Assembly (NCBI GenBank): GCA_036351155.1
Contig: JAZBOO010000212.1
Coordinates: 1 to 17,884 of the forward strand
Reading direction: 5' to 3'
Source of the DNA: Candidatus Krumholzibacteriia bacterium
GTDB lineage: Bacteria; Krumholzibacteriota; Krumholzibacteriia; LZORAL124-64-63
DNA length: 17,884 nucleotides
Shown here piece after piece: positions 16,113-17,884 of this stretch. A model generated the notes under the pieces. The model saw nothing but the letters and a program-made list of their open reading frames with translations, did not search any database and had not been told where the DNA came from. The translations under genes and the position numbers were made by a program. Each line of letters begins with the position of its first letter. Position 1 is the first letter of the stretch.

Positions 16113-17198
16113 GTGGACAACCTGACCGGATTTTTCGCCACTCCTCTCGGTCCCTGGACCGTGGGTCAGCTGGTGCTGGCCTTCGTTTTCATCGTGGCCG
16201 GTTTCATTCTGCGCGCCGTGCTCAACAGCGTGGTGACCAGGCGCCTGGCAACCCTGGCCGCCCGCACCGCCACCAAGGCCGACGACCTGGCCACCGAGGC
16301 GCTGATCAGCCCCCTCGGACTGATCGTGCCGGTGATCGGCGTTTTTCTGGCGGTTCGGACCCTGCTGGCCGCCCGCCCCGAATGGCAGGCCACCACCGAC
16401 ACCACCTTCAAGGTCGCCTCGATTCTGGTCTTGACCTGGACAGCCTTCCGCCTGCTCGACGCCCTGACCGTCTTGCTGGCCGAGATGGCCGATCGCACCG
16501 AGAGCAAGCTGGACGATCAACTCGTGCCGCTGGTGCGCAAGGCCACCAAGACCTTCATTGCCGTGCTGGCCTTCATCCTGGTGGCGCAGAACCTGGGCTA
16601 TTCCGTTTCCGGCTTGCTGGCCGGCCTGGGCATCGGCGGACTGGCCCTGGCCATGGCGGCCAAGGACACCCTGGCCAACCTGTTCGGTTCCATCATGATC
16701 CTCATCGACCGCCCATTTCACGCCGGTGACTGGATCACCTTTCCCGGAGGCGACGGCGTGGTCGAGGAGGTCGGCCTGCGCTCGACCCGGGTGCGCACCT
16801 TCGCCAAGACCGTGGTCAGCATTCCCAACCAGGCCCTGGCCAACGCCACGGTGGAAAACCACAGCCTGATGCCCAAGCGGCGCATCAAGTTCACCCTCGG
16901 GGTCACCTATGACTCGTCGGTGGACCAGGTGCGCACGCTCGTCGACCAGACCGAGCAGTACCTCAAGAGCAACCCCGACATCGACCAGGAGTTCATGCTG
17001 GTCAAGTTCACCGAGTTCAACAACTCGAGTCTGGATCTGTTCATCTATTGCTTCACCGTGACCACCGACTGGACGAAGCATCTTTCCGTGCGGCAAGACG
17101 TGAACCTGCGCATCATGGAACTGGTGGAACAGAACGGCATGAGCATTGCCTTCCCCACCCAGACGGTGCACCTGATGGAGGAAAAGGCGGAGGCCTGA
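16113..17198 (+). CDS. mscS: MscS family mechanosensitive channel (YnaI-like, extra N-terminal TMs)
   Basis: 'LLAGLGIGGLALAMAAKDTLANLFGS', 'DRPFHAGDWI', 'GVVEEVGLRSTRVRTF', 'IPN', 'IAFPTQTVHL'. Start GTG 16113 after GGAG, 1 nt past the upstream TAA. Confidence 0.93.
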   Translation: MDNLTGFFATPLGPWTVGQLVLAFVFIVAGFILRAVLNSVVTRRLATLAARTATKADDLATEALISPLGLIVPVIGVFLAVRTLLAARPEWQATTDTTFKVASILVLTWTAFRLLDALTVLLAEMADRTESKLDDQLVPLVRKATKTFIAVLAFILVAQNLGYSVSGLLAGLGIGGLALAMAAKDTLANLFGSIMILIDRPFHAGDWITFPGGDGVVEEVGLRSTRVRTFAKTVVSIPNQALANATVENHSLMPKRRIKFTLGVTYDSSVDQVRTLVDQTEQYLKSNPDIDQEFMLVKFTEFNNSSLDLFIYCFTVTTDWTKHLSVRQDVNLRIMELVEQNGMSIAFPTQTVHLMEEKAEA

Positions 17199-17201
17199 TT
17201 C

Positions 17202-17884
17202 GTGAACGCCATCCAAAAGAAGAGCAGTCGCCAGCGCGAAGGGTTTGCCCTGATGGGCATCCTGGTGGTCATTGCCGTGGTGGCCATTCTGGCCGGCGTG
17301 CTGGGCCCCATGGCCTATTGCCAGATGATGGAAGGCAAGGTCCGCGACACCCAGCAGGAAATGCAGACCATCGAAAGGGCGCTGGGCCGCTTCTACACCG
17401 ACACCGGCCGGTTTCCAACGGAGGCCGAGGGCCTGGCCGCTCTGGTGACCGACCCCGGCCTGCCCGGCTGGCAGGGGCCCTACCTGACGGGCACGCGCTG
17501 GGCCTCCATGGAGGAAATGGCCCGGGACGCCTTCGGGGAAGCATATGTGTACGACCTGGACCCCGATCTGAATCCGCCCGCGACCGCCGAGATCCTCCTG
17601 GCCAGCGGCGGCAGCGACAACACCCTCACCTCAGGCAGCCTCAACGGGACCTGGTCGATCAGCAGCCCGGGCAATGACATCCTCGTCCAGGTGAACAACG
17701 ATCGCTGGAACCGGGGCAAATCAGGGGCGGCCCGGGAAGAATTGCAAGCCCTCAGCGATGCCGCCCGGGCCTACTTCCAGGACCACGGGATCTTCCCCAC
17801 GGCGTTTTCGGACCTGGCTGGCGCCTACCTGGACGCCGGGCTGGCCCAGGAAGCCTTCACCGACCCCTGGCAACGTTCTTACGG
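17202..17884 (+). CDS. GspG-like type II secretion pseudopilin with at least two tandem pilin globular domains (partial, runs off window)
   Basis: Not in the ORF track because it has no stop in the window. GGAGG precedes GTG 17202. Translation: MNAIQKKSSRQREG|FALMGILVVIAVVAILAGVLGP...ALGRFYTDTGRFPTEAEGLAALV...GWQGPYL...DAFGEAYVY...LASGGSD...GNDI...; then a second unit EELQALSDAARAYFQDHGIFPT..SDL..AYL...TDPWQRSY. Confidence 0.85.
   Translation, partial: MNAIQKKSSRQREGFALMGILVVIAVVAILAGVLGPMAYCQMMEGKVRDTQQEMQTIERALGRFYTDTGRFPTEAEGLAALVTDPGLPGWQGPYLTGTRWASMEEMARDAFGEAYVYDLDPDLNPPATAEILLASGGSDNTLTSGSLNGTWSISSPGNDILVQVNNDRWNRGKSGAAREELQALSDAARAYFQDHGIFPTAFSDLAGAYLDAGLAQEAFTDPWQRSY

Noticed and set aside
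15019..16125. 368-aa alternative-frame ORF inside the GT-C-like gene
   Set aside because: Arg/Gly/Pro-rich off-frame product. The host frame is uninterrupted, so no frameshift is needed.
17319..17321. Lone Cys (TGC) in the pseudopilin 'AYCQ', possibly CGC>TGC
   Set aside because: It would fit a C>T trend, but it is not in the CCCAG context and cannot be judged without homologues.
17048..17677. 209-aa ORF-track call over the 3' end of the window
   Set aside because: Wrong frame (R/G/P-rich). The real gene is the GspG-like frame starting at GTG 17202.
1..17884. Complete reassignment of TAG to an amino acid (alternative genetic code)
   Set aside because: YbeD and the S8 protease end at TAG exactly at family-typical C-termini, and only two internal TAGs occur among thousands of codons. 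Only ambiguous decoding, mutation or error remain plausible.

Overview
GC-rich bacterial chromosomal window with no rRNA, tRNA, CRISPR array or mobile element visible. The FlgD-Ig/T9SS-like C-terminal domain and the beta-barrel genes suggest an FCB-superphylum organism such as Krumholzibacteriota or Latescibacterota (inference). Almost every gene is envelope-related. In order: secreted MXAN_6640-like zinc metalloprotease (-), lipoprotein MltF-like lytic transglycosylase (+), YbeD/DUF493 (-), outer-membrane beta-barrel (+), ECF sigma factor coupled to a membrane-anchored vWA/YfbK-like protein (+), TauE/SafE transporter (+), PorT-like beta-barrel (-), 1223-aa multidomain S8 protease (-), DUF456 and DUF1684 (-), then a tightly coupled GT-C-like membrane protein, MscS and GspG-like pseudopilin (+; the last runs off the window and is missing from the ORF track). 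Most notable: two unrelated genes carry an in-frame TAG where the reading frame appears to continue (codon 44 of the DUF1684 lipoprotein, and codon 439 of the metalloprotease), while two other genes use TAG as a normal stop. This points either to ambiguous amber decoding or to a CCCAG>CCTAG mutation or base-calling signature; the window alone cannot separate these. Also notable: a pseudopilin lacking Glu5 with tandem GspG domains, and a putative anti-sigma vWA protein holding a TonB-receptor plug-like segment, downstream of a candidate autoregulatory ECF promoter.
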